From Planctomycetota bacterium (lineage in GTDB: Bacteria; Planctomycetota; Phycisphaerae; Phycisphaerales; Phycisphaeraceae), in assembly GCA_039024495.1 (NCBI GenBank), contig JBCCQE010000006.1, positions 52,244-116,243 of the forward strand: a DNA stretch of 64,000 nucleotides, given 5' to 3'. The translations under genes were made by a program, and so were the position numbers. The notes below the pieces were generated by a model. It was given only the letters and a program-made list of their open reading frames with translations. It ran no database searches and had not been told where the DNA came from. Below, piece after piece: positions 16,429 to 24,950 of this stretch (the stretch's first letter is position 1; every line of letters starts with the position of its first letter).

Positions 16429-18429
16429 CTACGACGCGGAGGTCGCCGCGGGTTCGTCGGGTTGTCCCGAGGTCGGCGGCGAGCGGCGAGTCGATCGAGC
16501 CGCCAGGCCCAGCGACCACGCCACCATCGCCCACAGCAGCGCCCACCACGGCCACCGCCCCCACCAGCCGTACCACGTCGTCGCGTCGCTGAGCCCGACC
16601 TCGGCGATCAGCACACCCTCCTGCCCGGTCGGCAGCTCGGCGACGATGCGGCCGGTCGGGTCGATCACCGCCGACACGCCGGTGTTGCACGCCATGACGA
16701 CGGGCACGCGGTTCTCGATCGCCCGGAATGTCGCGATCTGCAGCATCTGCCGCCGCATCGAATCACCGAGATACCAACCGTTGTTGGTGTGGTTGGTGAG
16801 CAGGTCGACACGCTTCTCGAATTTTGTGTCTGGAGCCAGCGGATTCAACCCACGGGCTTCGCCGTAGACCATCTCACGCACGACGCCCGGCGAGACGATC
16901 TCGTAGCAGATGGGCGTGGCCACGCGAACCGTTTCGCGTTGCGAGTTTCGCGTTTCGAGTTCCACCTCGAACACCACCGGCCCCTCGCCCGCGTCCAGCG
17001 TGTAGTCCCCGCCCCACGGGCTGATCGTCTCGGCAATGAGCTTGCGCCACCACGGAAAGGTCTCACCCAGCGGGATCGTCTCACCGGCGACCACGAGGTG
17101 CTGCTTGTCGTAGCGATCGACCGACGCACCGTCGCTGCGCGTGCCCATCACCACGCCCTGCCGCGGCGCGTAGAGGCTGACCGAGTTGGTGCGTCCCTCG
17201 GGGAAGCGCACGGTGCGGGTGTGGCCCTGGTCGTCGGTGATCTGCCGCTCGACCGCGCCCTCGATCGCCGTGCCCCCGACAAAGATCGGCACGTCGGCCC
17301 GATCCACGATCGCGGTGAGCTGGGCGTGGTACTCGCGGCTGCCCCAAAAGCCCCATCGCTGCTGCAATTCGGGCACCTCGATCTCACGCGCCGCCCGATT
17401 CACCGGCCCCGGCAACGCCGACTCCGGCCAGACCATCAGGTCAACCGGCTCGTCACCCTCCGCGGCTTCAAGCGTCAACTGCAACAGCCGCCGCCATCGC
17501 TGCGCTTCGTCCTCGGCGGTCACGGCCACCGAGTTGTCGTTCATGTTGTTTGTTTGAATCGCGGCGACACGGACCGGCACGCGTCTCTCCGACGAGAGTT
17601 CACTTTTGACGATGAACAGCGAGAAACCCACCGGCAGCAATAGTGCCGGCACCAGGAAAATGGCGAAGTTATTGAGCGAACCGGCCATGCGCTTAAAGGC
17701 AATCCCGGAACTTTCTGCTGACCTTCTGTCGCGTCGAAATCGGTGGAGGACACAAACAAAGCCAAGCGCCACACCGTTCATCAACGCCACAACAAATGAC
17801 GCAGCCTGCTCACCAGCAAATGTCGATGCTAGAGCCCAATTCACTTCACTGTGATCAATCGACCACGCCCCCTGCGTGTGTCCCAGCGCGAACCAGCCGA
17901 AGCCGCCGAAGGGTTGGGTGACGCGCAGCAACTCGACGCTGACCCACGCGGCGGGCAACAGAAACGCGGCGGGCCAGCGGGTCTTGCGAGTCAGCCAGCC
18001 GAACCACGCGAACGCGGCGGCGAAGAACAGGCCCTCGACGGCAGCGATCACGAACCAGCCGGGGAACGACACGCCGCGCACCCAGGCCGTGCGGGTGAAC
18101 CACCAGAGGGCCCAAATCAGCCATGCGATGGCAAATGCTCTCACAGAGGCACCGAGGCACAGAGCCAGCAGCCGCGCGCGGAGACTCAGAGGCGCGGAGG
18201 CGGGAGTCATTGAGTCCGCATTGCTCCGCGTCTCAGCGTCTCCGCGCGCGACGTCATCCCCAACCTCTGCGGCTCTGTGGCTCTGTGCGAGCCCTTGGAT
18301 CGACGCCCACGCGGCGGGGACCAGGGCGATCCACGCCAGCGGCCACCAGCCGGGGTGCGGGAAGGCCAGACCCAGCAGCGCCGCGCTGAGGGCGTGGCCG
18401 AAGGCGAGTTGCGCGGTGCGAGATCGCAT
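16429..18429 (-). CDS. lnt: apolipoprotein N-acyltransferase (long form)
   Basis: N-terminal LAFPHPGWWPLAWIALVP and multiple TM helices. The C-terminal CN-hydrolase domain shows VRVAAIQTN, MVWPESALP and TPICYE. It carries an internal palindromic insertion, listed separately. Confidence 0.9.
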   Translation of the reverse strand: MRSRTAQLAFGHALSAALLGLAFPHPGWWPLAWIALVPAAWASIQGLAQSHRAAEVGDDVARGDAETRSNADSMTPASAPLSLRARLLALCLGASVRAFAIAWLIWALWWFTRTAWVRGVSFPGWFVIAAVEGLFFAAAFAWFGWLTRKTRWPAAFLLPAAWVSVELLRVTQPFGGFGWFALGHTQGAWSIDHSEVNWALASTFAGEQAASFVVALMNGVALGFVCVLHRFRRDRRSAESSGIAFKRMAGSLNNFAIFLVPALLLPVGFSLFIVKSELSSERRVPVRVAAIQTNNMNDNSVAVTAEDEAQRWRRLLQLTLEAAEGDEPVDLMVWPESALPGPVNRAAREIEVPELQQRWGFWGSREYHAQLTAIVDRADVPIFVGGTAIEGAVERQITDDQGHTRTVRFPEGRTNSVSLYAPRQGVVMGTRSDGASVDRYDKQHLVVAGETIPLGETFPWWRKLIAETISPWGGDYTLDAGEGPVVFEVELETRNSQRETVRVATPICYEIVSPGVVREMVYGEARGLNPLAPDTKFEKRVDLLTNHTNNGWYLGDSMRRQMLQIATFRAIENRVPVVMACNTGVSAVIDPTGRIVAELPTGQEGVLIAEVGLSDATTWYGWWGRWPWWALLWAMVAWSLGLAARSTRRSPPTSGQPDEPAATSAS
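18140..18291. repeat. ~150-bp imperfect palindrome of ~8-nt units, in frame inside lnt (element E)
   Basis: Outer arms are CACAGAGG CACCGAGG CACAGAGC versus CTCTGCGG CTCTGTGG CTCTGTGC. Inner arms are CGCGCGCGGAGAC..GGCGCGGAG versus CTCCGCG..GTCTCCGCGCGCG. The symmetry centre is near 18210. Confidence 0.85.
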
Positions 18430-18554
18430 GGGGGCAATGTATGCGGGGGTGCCATAGCCGGGACGCGTGGCGTCCCGGCTGCTTGAGCTTGCGGACCATC
18501 GCGAAGCACTGCATCGCGTTGCGATGCAGCTTTGGTGTCTGTATCCCCGCGCGT

Positions 18555-18581
18555 AAAAAACCCCGCGCGTCCTGCACGGGG
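18555..18581 (-). terminator. putative Rho-independent terminator of xerC
   Basis: The minus-strand RNA reads GCCCCG-loop-CGGGG followed by UUUUUU (A-run 18555-18560 on plus). It lies 54 nt downstream of the xerC stop. Confidence 0.6.
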
Positions 18582-18634
18582 CTTTGCGTATGCCCTGCGG
18601 TTGCCCGCCTGGCCAAGGAGAGAGCTGGGTTGAA

Positions 18635-19753
18635 CTACATCGCCCGGGGGTGGGCGTCTTCGTAGGCGTTGCGCATCCGCATGGTCGACAGGTGCGTGTA
18701 GACCTGCGTGGTCGACAGCGACTGGTGGCCGAGCAGCTCCTGGACGCTGCGGAGGTCGGCGCCGTTGTCGAGCAGGTGGGTGGCGAACGAGTGCCGCAGG
18801 GTGTGCGGGCTAATCGACGGATCGAGGCCGGCGCCCTTGAGGTACTTGTCGAGCTTGCGGCGGACGGAGCGCGAGCTGAGGCGGCCGCCGTTTTTGTTGA
18901 CGAATAGCGCGACGTCGCCGGTCTCGGCCATCTGCTTGCGGACGCCGGCGAAGCGTGGGTCCGGCTCGAGCAGCATCAGGTAGTGGCGGATGGCGGCCAT
19001 GGCGTGGCTGCCCAGGGGAACGACGCGTTCCTTCTTGCCCTTGCCGCGGACGCGGAGCGTCTGGTTGGCGAAGTCGAGGTCCTTGCGGTCGAGGTCGACC
19101 AGCTCGGAGACGCGGACGCCGGTGGAGTACAGCGTTTCGAGGATCGCGCGGTCCCGGCCGCCAAGGGTCTCGGAGTTGTCGGGCGCGGAGAGCAGGGCTT
19201 CGATCTGCTCGACGGTGATGGCCTTGGGCAAACGCTTGGCCTGCTTGGGCGTGCGGATGAGGACCATCGGGTTGGCATCGCAGAGGCCGTGCTTGAGCAT
19301 CCACTTGTAGAACGAGCGGAGCGTGGCGATCTTGCGGGCGGTGGTGGCGGGCGAGTAGCCGAACTGGTCGAGGTGGGCGAGGAAGCCGCGGACGACCATG
19401 GCGTCGGCCCGCTGCATCTTGGCCTCGACGGCGGCGGCGAGGTTGCCGTCGAAGTCGTCGGCGGGGGTGGTGGCCTCGAGATACTCGACGAACTGCCGCA
19501 GGTCGGCGCCGTAGCACCGCGCGGTGTACGGGCTGAAGTGGCGCTCGTGGCGGAGGTAATCGGCGAAGCGATCGAGGAGCGAGCCGCTGGATGCCTGGGC
19601 GTCGGCCGCGGGCGCCGCGGGGGCTTGGCTTTCGACGGCACCGGCCTGGGGCTCGGCCTCGACATCGGCGTCGATGCCGGTCAGGCGGAGGTTGGGCGTG
19701 GGCGGAGCCGGGGCGGGCTCGTCGTGTTGGAGTCGGGGGGCGGGTTCGGACAT
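18635..19753 (-). CDS. xerC: tyrosine site-specific recombinase XerC/XerD family
   Basis: N-terminal SAM-like FADYLRHERHFSPYTARCYGADL. The catalytic domain shows GVRVSELV..., HTLRHSFATHLL and LLGHQSLSTTQVYTH. GGAG lies upstream. There is a ~55-aa N-terminal extension. Confidence 0.9.
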   Translation of the reverse strand: MSEPAPRLQHDEPAPAPPTPNLRLTGIDADVEAEPQAGAVESQAPAAPAADAQASSGSLLDRFADYLRHERHFSPYTARCYGADLRQFVEYLEATTPADDFDGNLAAAVEAKMQRADAMVVRGFLAHLDQFGYSPATTARKIATLRSFYKWMLKHGLCDANPMVLIRTPKQAKRLPKAITVEQIEALLSAPDNSETLGGRDRAILETLYSTGVRVSELVDLDRKDLDFANQTLRVRGKGKKERVVPLGSHAMAAIRHYLMLLEPDPRFAGVRKQMAETGDVALFVNKNGGRLSSRSVRRKLDKYLKGAGLDPSISPHTLRHSFATHLLDNGADLRSVQELLGHQSLSTTQVYTHLSTMRMRNAYEDAHPRAM

Positions 19754-19763
19754 CTCGGTCTCC

Positions 19764-20057
19764 TCAGATCGACTCGGCCGCGCGGGACGGCGCGGACGAT
19801 CTCGGGGGAAGGGAACGGTCTTGCAGCACCCGACGCAGGGACAGGCCGACGCGATGGCAGAGCACCGCGGCGTCGAACCAGGTCAGGGGGCAATTCGGGT
19901 CGGCGGCCTCGTCGGCCAACTGGCGGATCAGGTCGGGCTCGTGGCCGGCTTCGCAGCGGTAGACCAGCGTGCGGCCGCCCTTGTCCAGCGACAGCTCGAC
20001 GGGCGCGGCGGCGTGCGACACGGCGGCGCGTTTCGGCTTGTGGGCGGGCTGGACCAT
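19764..20057 (-). CDS. hypothetical protein (97 aa)
   Basis: GC3-rich ORF 10 nt upstream of xerC on the same strand. No motif recognised. Confidence 0.45.
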   Translation of the reverse strand: MVQPAHKPKRAAVSHAAAPVELSLDKGGRTLVYRCEAGHEPDLIRQLADEAADPNCPLTWFDAAVLCHRVGLSLRRVLQDRSLPPRSSAPSRAAESI

Positions 20058-20098
20058 GTCGGCTCGGTTCCTTGCGAACCGGCCGAGGCCGATCCGCT

Positions 20099-20863
20099 CT
20101 ACGGCTCCTCTTGCGTCGCTGCCTGCAGCTCGGCCAGTCGGCCGGCTTCGGCGGCGAGCAGGCGCTCTCGCACCCGGGTAGCCGCGAACTCGGTGAAAAG
20201 GTCCATGCTCAGCATGTAGCGTCGCCAGGGGACGACCATGTCGTCGTGGCTGCCGCGTTGCCTGGCGTATCGCTCGATCGCGTCGCGGATCGCCGGCGAG
20301 CCGCCGTCGATGTAACCGCTGACGGTGGTGATCGGCTGGCGATCGTGCGTCTCGTAGCCAATCGGACGGCTCAACTCATCCGTCGCAGCAGCGCTCAAGT
20401 CGCGCACGGCTTGCGGGTCGGCGAACCACGGCCGATCGGTGTCGACATACATCTCCACGGCGATCCCCAGCTTGGGCGGGGGGTACGGCTCGTAGGCCGT
20501 GACGTTGCCGATGATCAGCGCGTCGACGCCGAGCGTCCGCCGCAGGGCGACGGCCGCGTTCTTGTCGGCGACCTCCGCCATGCCGAGGCTTTCCATCGCC
20601 TCGAGCGTGCGGTTGACCGGCAGCACGTCGATGCCCGGCGATAGCTCGATCTGACGGGCGAGGTGATCGGCGATCCGTGCCGTGTCGACCGTCTGCGTGC
20701 CGGACTGATTGCGAAGCGGCGCGACGGCCCAGACCTGCCGGGCGGGGTACAAGCCCGCTGCGGCATCGGGGTCGCCGGTCGTGCGGCAGCCGACGTGGGC
20801 CAGCAAGGGCAGGCCGGTCAGCGTGAGCACGAGCGCCAGGCGCAGGACCTTTTCACATGTCAT
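20099..20863 (-). CDS. lipoprotein, TolB-N/LpoB-like (254 aa)
   Basis: I use the internal start MTCEKVLRLALVLTLTGLPLLAHVGC, which carries a lipobox. Core VWAVAPLRNQSG...IADHLARQI...LGVDALIIGNVTAY resembles the two lipoproteins at 1212-2551. Confidence 0.7.
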   Translation of the reverse strand: MTCEKVLRLALVLTLTGLPLLAHVGCRTTGDPDAAAGLYPARQVWAVAPLRNQSGTQTVDTARIADHLARQIELSPGIDVLPVNRTLEAMESLGMAEVADKNAAVALRRTLGVDALIIGNVTAYEPYPPPKLGIAVEMYVDTDRPWFADPQAVRDLSAAATDELSRPIGYETHDRQPITTVSGYIDGGSPAIRDAIERYARQRGSHDDMVVPWRRYMLSMDLFTEFAATRVRERLLAAEAGRLAELQAATQEEP

Positions 20864-20946
20864 GGCATCCTGCCTCGCTGACGCCACCGGACCTCCGCCG
20901 GGGCAACGTTGGTTCGACAAGGCTCGGCCCTGCCGGGTTCGTCGGG

Positions 20947-22347
20947 TTACGGCGTCGGCACCTCGGCCGTCGCTTCGTTCATCGCCTCGCCGGGGTCGCC
21001 GGGCTGGGCACCGGTGTCGGCGATCGCGGTGTCGCCGAGGCTGCTGAGGTCGGCCGCGAGTTGCAGCGACTTCTGTGGGCTGATCGCCCAGATGTTGTCG
21101 AGCCCGTTGGGCCCGCGGTTGGACACGAAGAAGATCGCGCCCTGGGGCGACCAGATCGGCTGAAGGTTGGCAAACCGACCGCCGGTCATGCGGGTCCGCT
21201 GCGTGCCATCGGCGCGCATCACCCACACATCGGCCTGATTCGGCCTTCTGGCCCCATCGGCGTGCGGGGCGATCACCGTTGAGAAAACGATGTGCCCGCC
21301 GTCGCTGGACCACTGCGGCGTGATGCACGCGGCGTTCGCCGAGATCGCCAGCTCCGTCGGCGGGCCGGGGTCGCCATCGATCAGGTCCATCGACCAGACG
21401 CTGAACCAGCGCGGGTCGATTTCGCGGGCCTTCTGATAAAGGATCGTCTGCTCGGTCGGGTGCCAATCGGGGAACAGCCCTTGGCCGATGATCTGCCGCG
21501 AGCCGGGCTCGCTGAGCTTGGCGAGCACGATCTCCCACTGCTGGCTCTGCTCGTTGAACGAGGAGTACACGAGCTGGGTGCCGTCGGGGCTGAAGTCGGG
21601 GTGAAGGTCGTCCGAGCCGTCGAAGGTGATCTGCACCGGCCGGCCACCTCGGGCATCCATGAGGTAGATGTTCCAGTTGCCGTCGCGATCCGAGGCGAAG
21701 GCGAGCTTGGAGCCATCCGGGCTGAACGCCGGCATCATGTCGTTGGCCGGGTCGTTGGTGAGCTGCGTGACGGCGCTGGAGCCGACCTTCTTGGCGTAGA
21801 TGTCGGAGGTGCGCCGGTGACGGGTCGAGGCATAGGCGATCACGCCGCCATCGGGGTGCATCGCGGGGTCGAAGTCGGCGCCCTCGGCGGTGGTGGTGAT
21901 GCGGTGGATGTCCTCGAAGCCGTCGAGCGGGCTGCGCGGGGCGTAGCTGCTGCGAAAGGCGTTGTCGCCGAAGAGCCCGAGCCGGCCGAGGCCGAGGTCG
22001 GCCATCGTCCCGCGGTGGGGCGTGTTGGCGATCGGCGGGACCGGGGCGTTGGAGACCGGGGCGATCGTCGGGTTGTTGCCCGAGCCGTTGGTATGGTCAA
22101 AGCCGACCGGCGCGGCCTGGGCGTCGCCGAACTGAGCCCCGGCAAAGCGCTGCTGGGCCAGCTCGCCCGCGGCACGCTGCTCGGCGAGGTCTTCCTTGAA
22201 TTGGGCGTACTCGACCGCCTGCTTCTTGTCGTGCGGCCTCAGGCCAAAGGCCCCCGTGTACTGCTGGCAGCCCGTCAGCCCCGCGACACCCATCGCGGCG
22301 GCGAACCCGGCAAGCAATTTCAAGGTCTGGGTTCGTGGACGGGGCAT
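20947..22347 (-). CDS. TolB-like beta-propeller lipoprotein
   Basis: Repeated FSPDGSKLAFASDRDGNWNIY / FSPDGTQLVYSS / WSSDGGHIVFS blades. The N-terminus MPRPRTQTLKLLAGFAAAMGVAGLTGC carries a lipobox, with AGGAGG 5 nt upstream of this ATG. Confidence 0.85.
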   Translation of the reverse strand: MPRPRTQTLKLLAGFAAAMGVAGLTGCQQYTGAFGLRPHDKKQAVEYAQFKEDLAEQRAAGELAQQRFAGAQFGDAQAAPVGFDHTNGSGNNPTIAPVSNAPVPPIANTPHRGTMADLGLGRLGLFGDNAFRSSYAPRSPLDGFEDIHRITTTAEGADFDPAMHPDGGVIAYASTRHRRTSDIYAKKVGSSAVTQLTNDPANDMMPAFSPDGSKLAFASDRDGNWNIYLMDARGGRPVQITFDGSDDLHPDFSPDGTQLVYSSFNEQSQQWEIVLAKLSEPGSRQIIGQGLFPDWHPTEQTILYQKAREIDPRWFSVWSMDLIDGDPGPPTELAISANAACITPQWSSDGGHIVFSTVIAPHADGARRPNQADVWVMRADGTQRTRMTGGRFANLQPIWSPQGAIFFVSNRGPNGLDNIWAISPQKSLQLAADLSSLGDTAIADTGAQPGDPGEAMNEATAEVPTP

Positions 22348-22616
22348 GGGGCCTCCTGAGGCGGGCAAGGTCGGTCGCAAGCCCGATATCGGCTGCGCCC
22401 CCCGACCACGGCATCCGCCGGCCGGCTTGTGGCTTATCGGACACGCCCCGCACCCCCCTTGACACGGCCCCGAACGCAGTCCGTCTCACCCCGCGCCGCC
22501 CGCCACCCCAAGCCCCTCAGACTTGCCGCCCGCCCCGGCTCCCCTTTACGCTGCACCCAGCGGGCCGGCCCTAGGGGCTTCACGGGTCCAGCCGCACCAA
22601 AACCCCCGCCCTACCT

Positions 22617-24212
22617 TTGTTGATCGACTCCCCCGACACCCTCGCGCCCACCGCCGCCGTCGCCGCCGACCCCACCACGGCCGCGCTGATCTTGCGCTCA
22701 CTCGTCACCGCCGCCTACGTCGTTCTGCTCGCGCTCATCTGCACCTACGGCGTCCACCGCTACTGGCTCATGCGCGTCTATCAGCGACACCTGCGCGACT
22801 GCCCGCGCCCGGCGACCCGCTTCATCGACCTGCCGCGCGTCACCGTGCAACTCCCGATGTTCAACGAAGGCACCGTCGGCGTCCGCATCATCGACGCCGC
22901 CGCAGCCCTCGACTACCCCGCCGACAAGCTGCAGATCCAGGTCGTCGACGACTCCACCGACAGCTCCGCCGCCCTCGCCGAACGCCGCGTCGCCTATTGG
23001 GTCCAGCGCGGCGTCGACATCGCCTACCTCCACCGCACCGACCGCGGCGGCTTCAAGGCCGGCGCCCTCGCCGCCGCCACCCCCGACGCCACCGGCGAGT
23101 TCATCGCCATCTTCGACGCCGACTTCCTGCCCCCCGTCAACTTCCTCAAACGCACGATCCACCACTTCACCGACCCCACCATCGGCGTCGTCCAGACCCG
23201 CTGGGACCACCTCAACCGCACCGACTCCCTGCTCACCCGCGCCCAGGCCATCCTCCTCGACGGCCATTTCCTCATCGAGCAGACCGCCCGCAACCGCGGC
23301 GGCGCCTACATGGGCTTCAACGGCACCGCCGGCGTCTGGCGCCGCGCCGCGATCGACGACGGCGGCGGGTGGGAGCACGACACCCTCACCGAAGACCTCG
23401 ACCTGTCCTATCGCGCCCAGCTCGCCGGCTGGAACTTCCGCTTCCTGCCCTGGGTCATCTGCCCGGCCGAGCTGCCCCCCGAGATCAACGCCTTCAAGTC
23501 CCAGCAGCACCGCTGGACCAAGGGCGCGATCCAGTGCGCCGTGAAGATCCTCCCCAAGGTCTTCTCCGCCCCCGTGCCGCTGCGCGTCAAGGTCGAGGCC
23601 ATGTTCCACCTGACCTGCCCGATGGTCTACCTCTACATGACGCTCATGACGCTGCTGTTCTACCCAGCGATCCACCTCAACGTGCACCTCGCCTCGCGCG
23701 GCTCGCTGTGGGGCCTGTTCCTCGGCATCGCCCTCTTCGGCATGGGCACCGTCTCCGCCGCCCTGTATTACCTCGTCGCCCAGAAGCGCCGTCGTCGGCC
23801 GTACTGGAAGACCGCGCTCTACATCCCGCTGCTCATGGCCATCGGCGTCGGCGTCGCGCTCAACAACGCCGTCGCCTGCCTCGAAGCGATCGTCGGCTAC
23901 AAGACGCCCTTCGTCCGCACGCCCAAGTACGGCCGATCCACCGAGGCCAAGACCGCCGAGCCACGCTCCAGCGTCATCCCGATCCCCATCCCCAACCTCC
24001 GCTTCTCCGTCGCCCTGCTCGAGCTGTTCATGTCGGCCTACATGATCGCCTGCATCTTCCTCGCCTTCGAGCGCTCGATCACGCTCATCGGCCTGCCCTT
24101 CCTAGTGCTCTTCGCCGCCGGCTACGGCTACGTCGGCGTCACCTCCGTCTGGATGCACGCCCGCGGCTGGCTCGCCAAACAACGCCCGGCCGCCATCCCC
24201 AACCCGGCGTAA
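22617..24212 (+). CDS. family-2 glycosyltransferase, CslA/MgdA-like membrane-integrated synthase
   Basis: VVDDSTD, FDADF, TEDLDLSYRAQLAGW and QQHRWTKG (a QxxRW motif). There is an N-terminal TM helix and a C-terminal TM bundle. The TTG start at 22617 is uncertain. Confidence 0.85.
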   Translation: MLIDSPDTLAPTAAVAADPTTAALILRSLVTAAYVVLLALICTYGVHRYWLMRVYQRHLRDCPRPATRFIDLPRVTVQLPMFNEGTVGVRIIDAAAALDYPADKLQIQVVDDSTDSSAALAERRVAYWVQRGVDIAYLHRTDRGGFKAGALAAATPDATGEFIAIFDADFLPPVNFLKRTIHHFTDPTIGVVQTRWDHLNRTDSLLTRAQAILLDGHFLIEQTARNRGGAYMGFNGTAGVWRRAAIDDGGGWEHDTLTEDLDLSYRAQLAGWNFRFLPWVICPAELPPEINAFKSQQHRWTKGAIQCAVKILPKVFSAPVPLRVKVEAMFHLTCPMVYLYMTLMTLLFYPAIHLNVHLASRGSLWGLFLGIALFGMGTVSAALYYLVAQKRRRRPYWKTALYIPLLMAIGVGVALNNAVACLEAIVGYKTPFVRTPKYGRSTEAKTAEPRSSVIPIPIPNLRFSVALLELFMSAYMIACIFLAFERSITLIGLPFLVLFAAGYGYVGVTSVWMHARGWLAKQRPAAIPNPA

Positions 24213-24298
24213 ACCCCACCCCACATCCCCAGCTCCGCCACGCCTTGCGCGGTTAATCTCATCGCATTGCCCCATCCGCCCGCCCCGAGGCCGCCGCC

Positions 24299-24886
24299 AT
24301 GGCTACGCCCCACCTCCTCACCCCGCCGCACGGCTCCACCCTGACCCTCGACGTCCGCGCCGACGGCCTCACCATCGAAGCCCCCCGCCAGCCCATCCGC
24401 AAGGCCTCGCGTGGCTTGTTCTCTTTCGGCCTGCTATGGATGGGCTTCTGCCTGCTCTTCACCGCCGTCGCCGCACTCAACCCGCTCTTTGGCATCGGCG
24501 AGTCCGACGTCGACTGGTCCGACCCCAGGGACGTCGCCATGCTCGTCGGCATCATGCTGCTGTTTCACGCCATCGGCGTCGGCATGATCGTCGCCTCGGT
24601 CAACGCCGCACGCCGCCGCGTCATCATCGACGTCGTCGGCGACACCCTCGTCGTCACCCGCTCGTCGCTCTTCGGCACCCGACAGGACGAACACATCGCC
24701 GCCGACATCACCCACATCGAACGCGAGTCCACCGGCACCGAGATCAACAACAAACCCGTCGACGCCCTGCGCATCCACACCCGCGACGGCAAACGCCTCC
24801 AGCTCCTCACCCACCTGACCAACCAGGAGATCGACTTCGTCGCCAACCTGCTCCGCCGCGCCCTGCAGGTCCAGCCGCGCCCATAG
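24299..24886 (+). CDS. hypothetical two-TM membrane protein
   Basis: A 195-aa protein with two TM helices (LFSFGLLWMGFCLLFTAV, VAMLVGIMLLFHAIGVGMIVA) and a soluble C-terminal domain. It lies 86 nt downstream of the GT2 gene. Confidence 0.6.
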   Translation: MATPHLLTPPHGSTLTLDVRADGLTIEAPRQPIRKASRGLFSFGLLWMGFCLLFTAVAALNPLFGIGESDVDWSDPRDVAMLVGIMLLFHAIGVGMIVASVNAARRRVIIDVVGDTLVVTRSSLFGTRQDEHIAADITHIERESTGTEINNKPVDALRIHTRDGKRLQLLTHLTNQEIDFVANLLRRALQVQPRP

Positions 24887-24950
24887 TCAACCCTCAACGC
24901 CCGCCGCGAGTCGCCCCGACCCCGCGCGTCCGCACTCCTACACTCCCCGC

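Noticed and set aside
15158-16690. 510-aa minus-strand ORF and other very long Arg/Pro/Gly-rich ORFs, such as 22523-24256 (+), 24436-25974 (+), 29662-31587 (-), 49282-51603 (-), 54234-56849 (-) and 59176-61557 (-)
   Set aside because: They lie in alternative frames, or antisense, over genes with clear conserved motifs (HEAT protein, GT2, trpF, SulP, rhaEW, MCP, epimerase). Their composition (R/P/G/A runs, no motifs) is what stop-poor high-GC shadow frames produce.
18635-19753. Tyrosine recombinase as the integrase of a mobile element
   Set aside because: Its domain layout and motifs are XerC/XerD-like and its context is housekeeping (lnt, mreBCD). There are no flanking repeats, tRNA or phage or plasmid genes.
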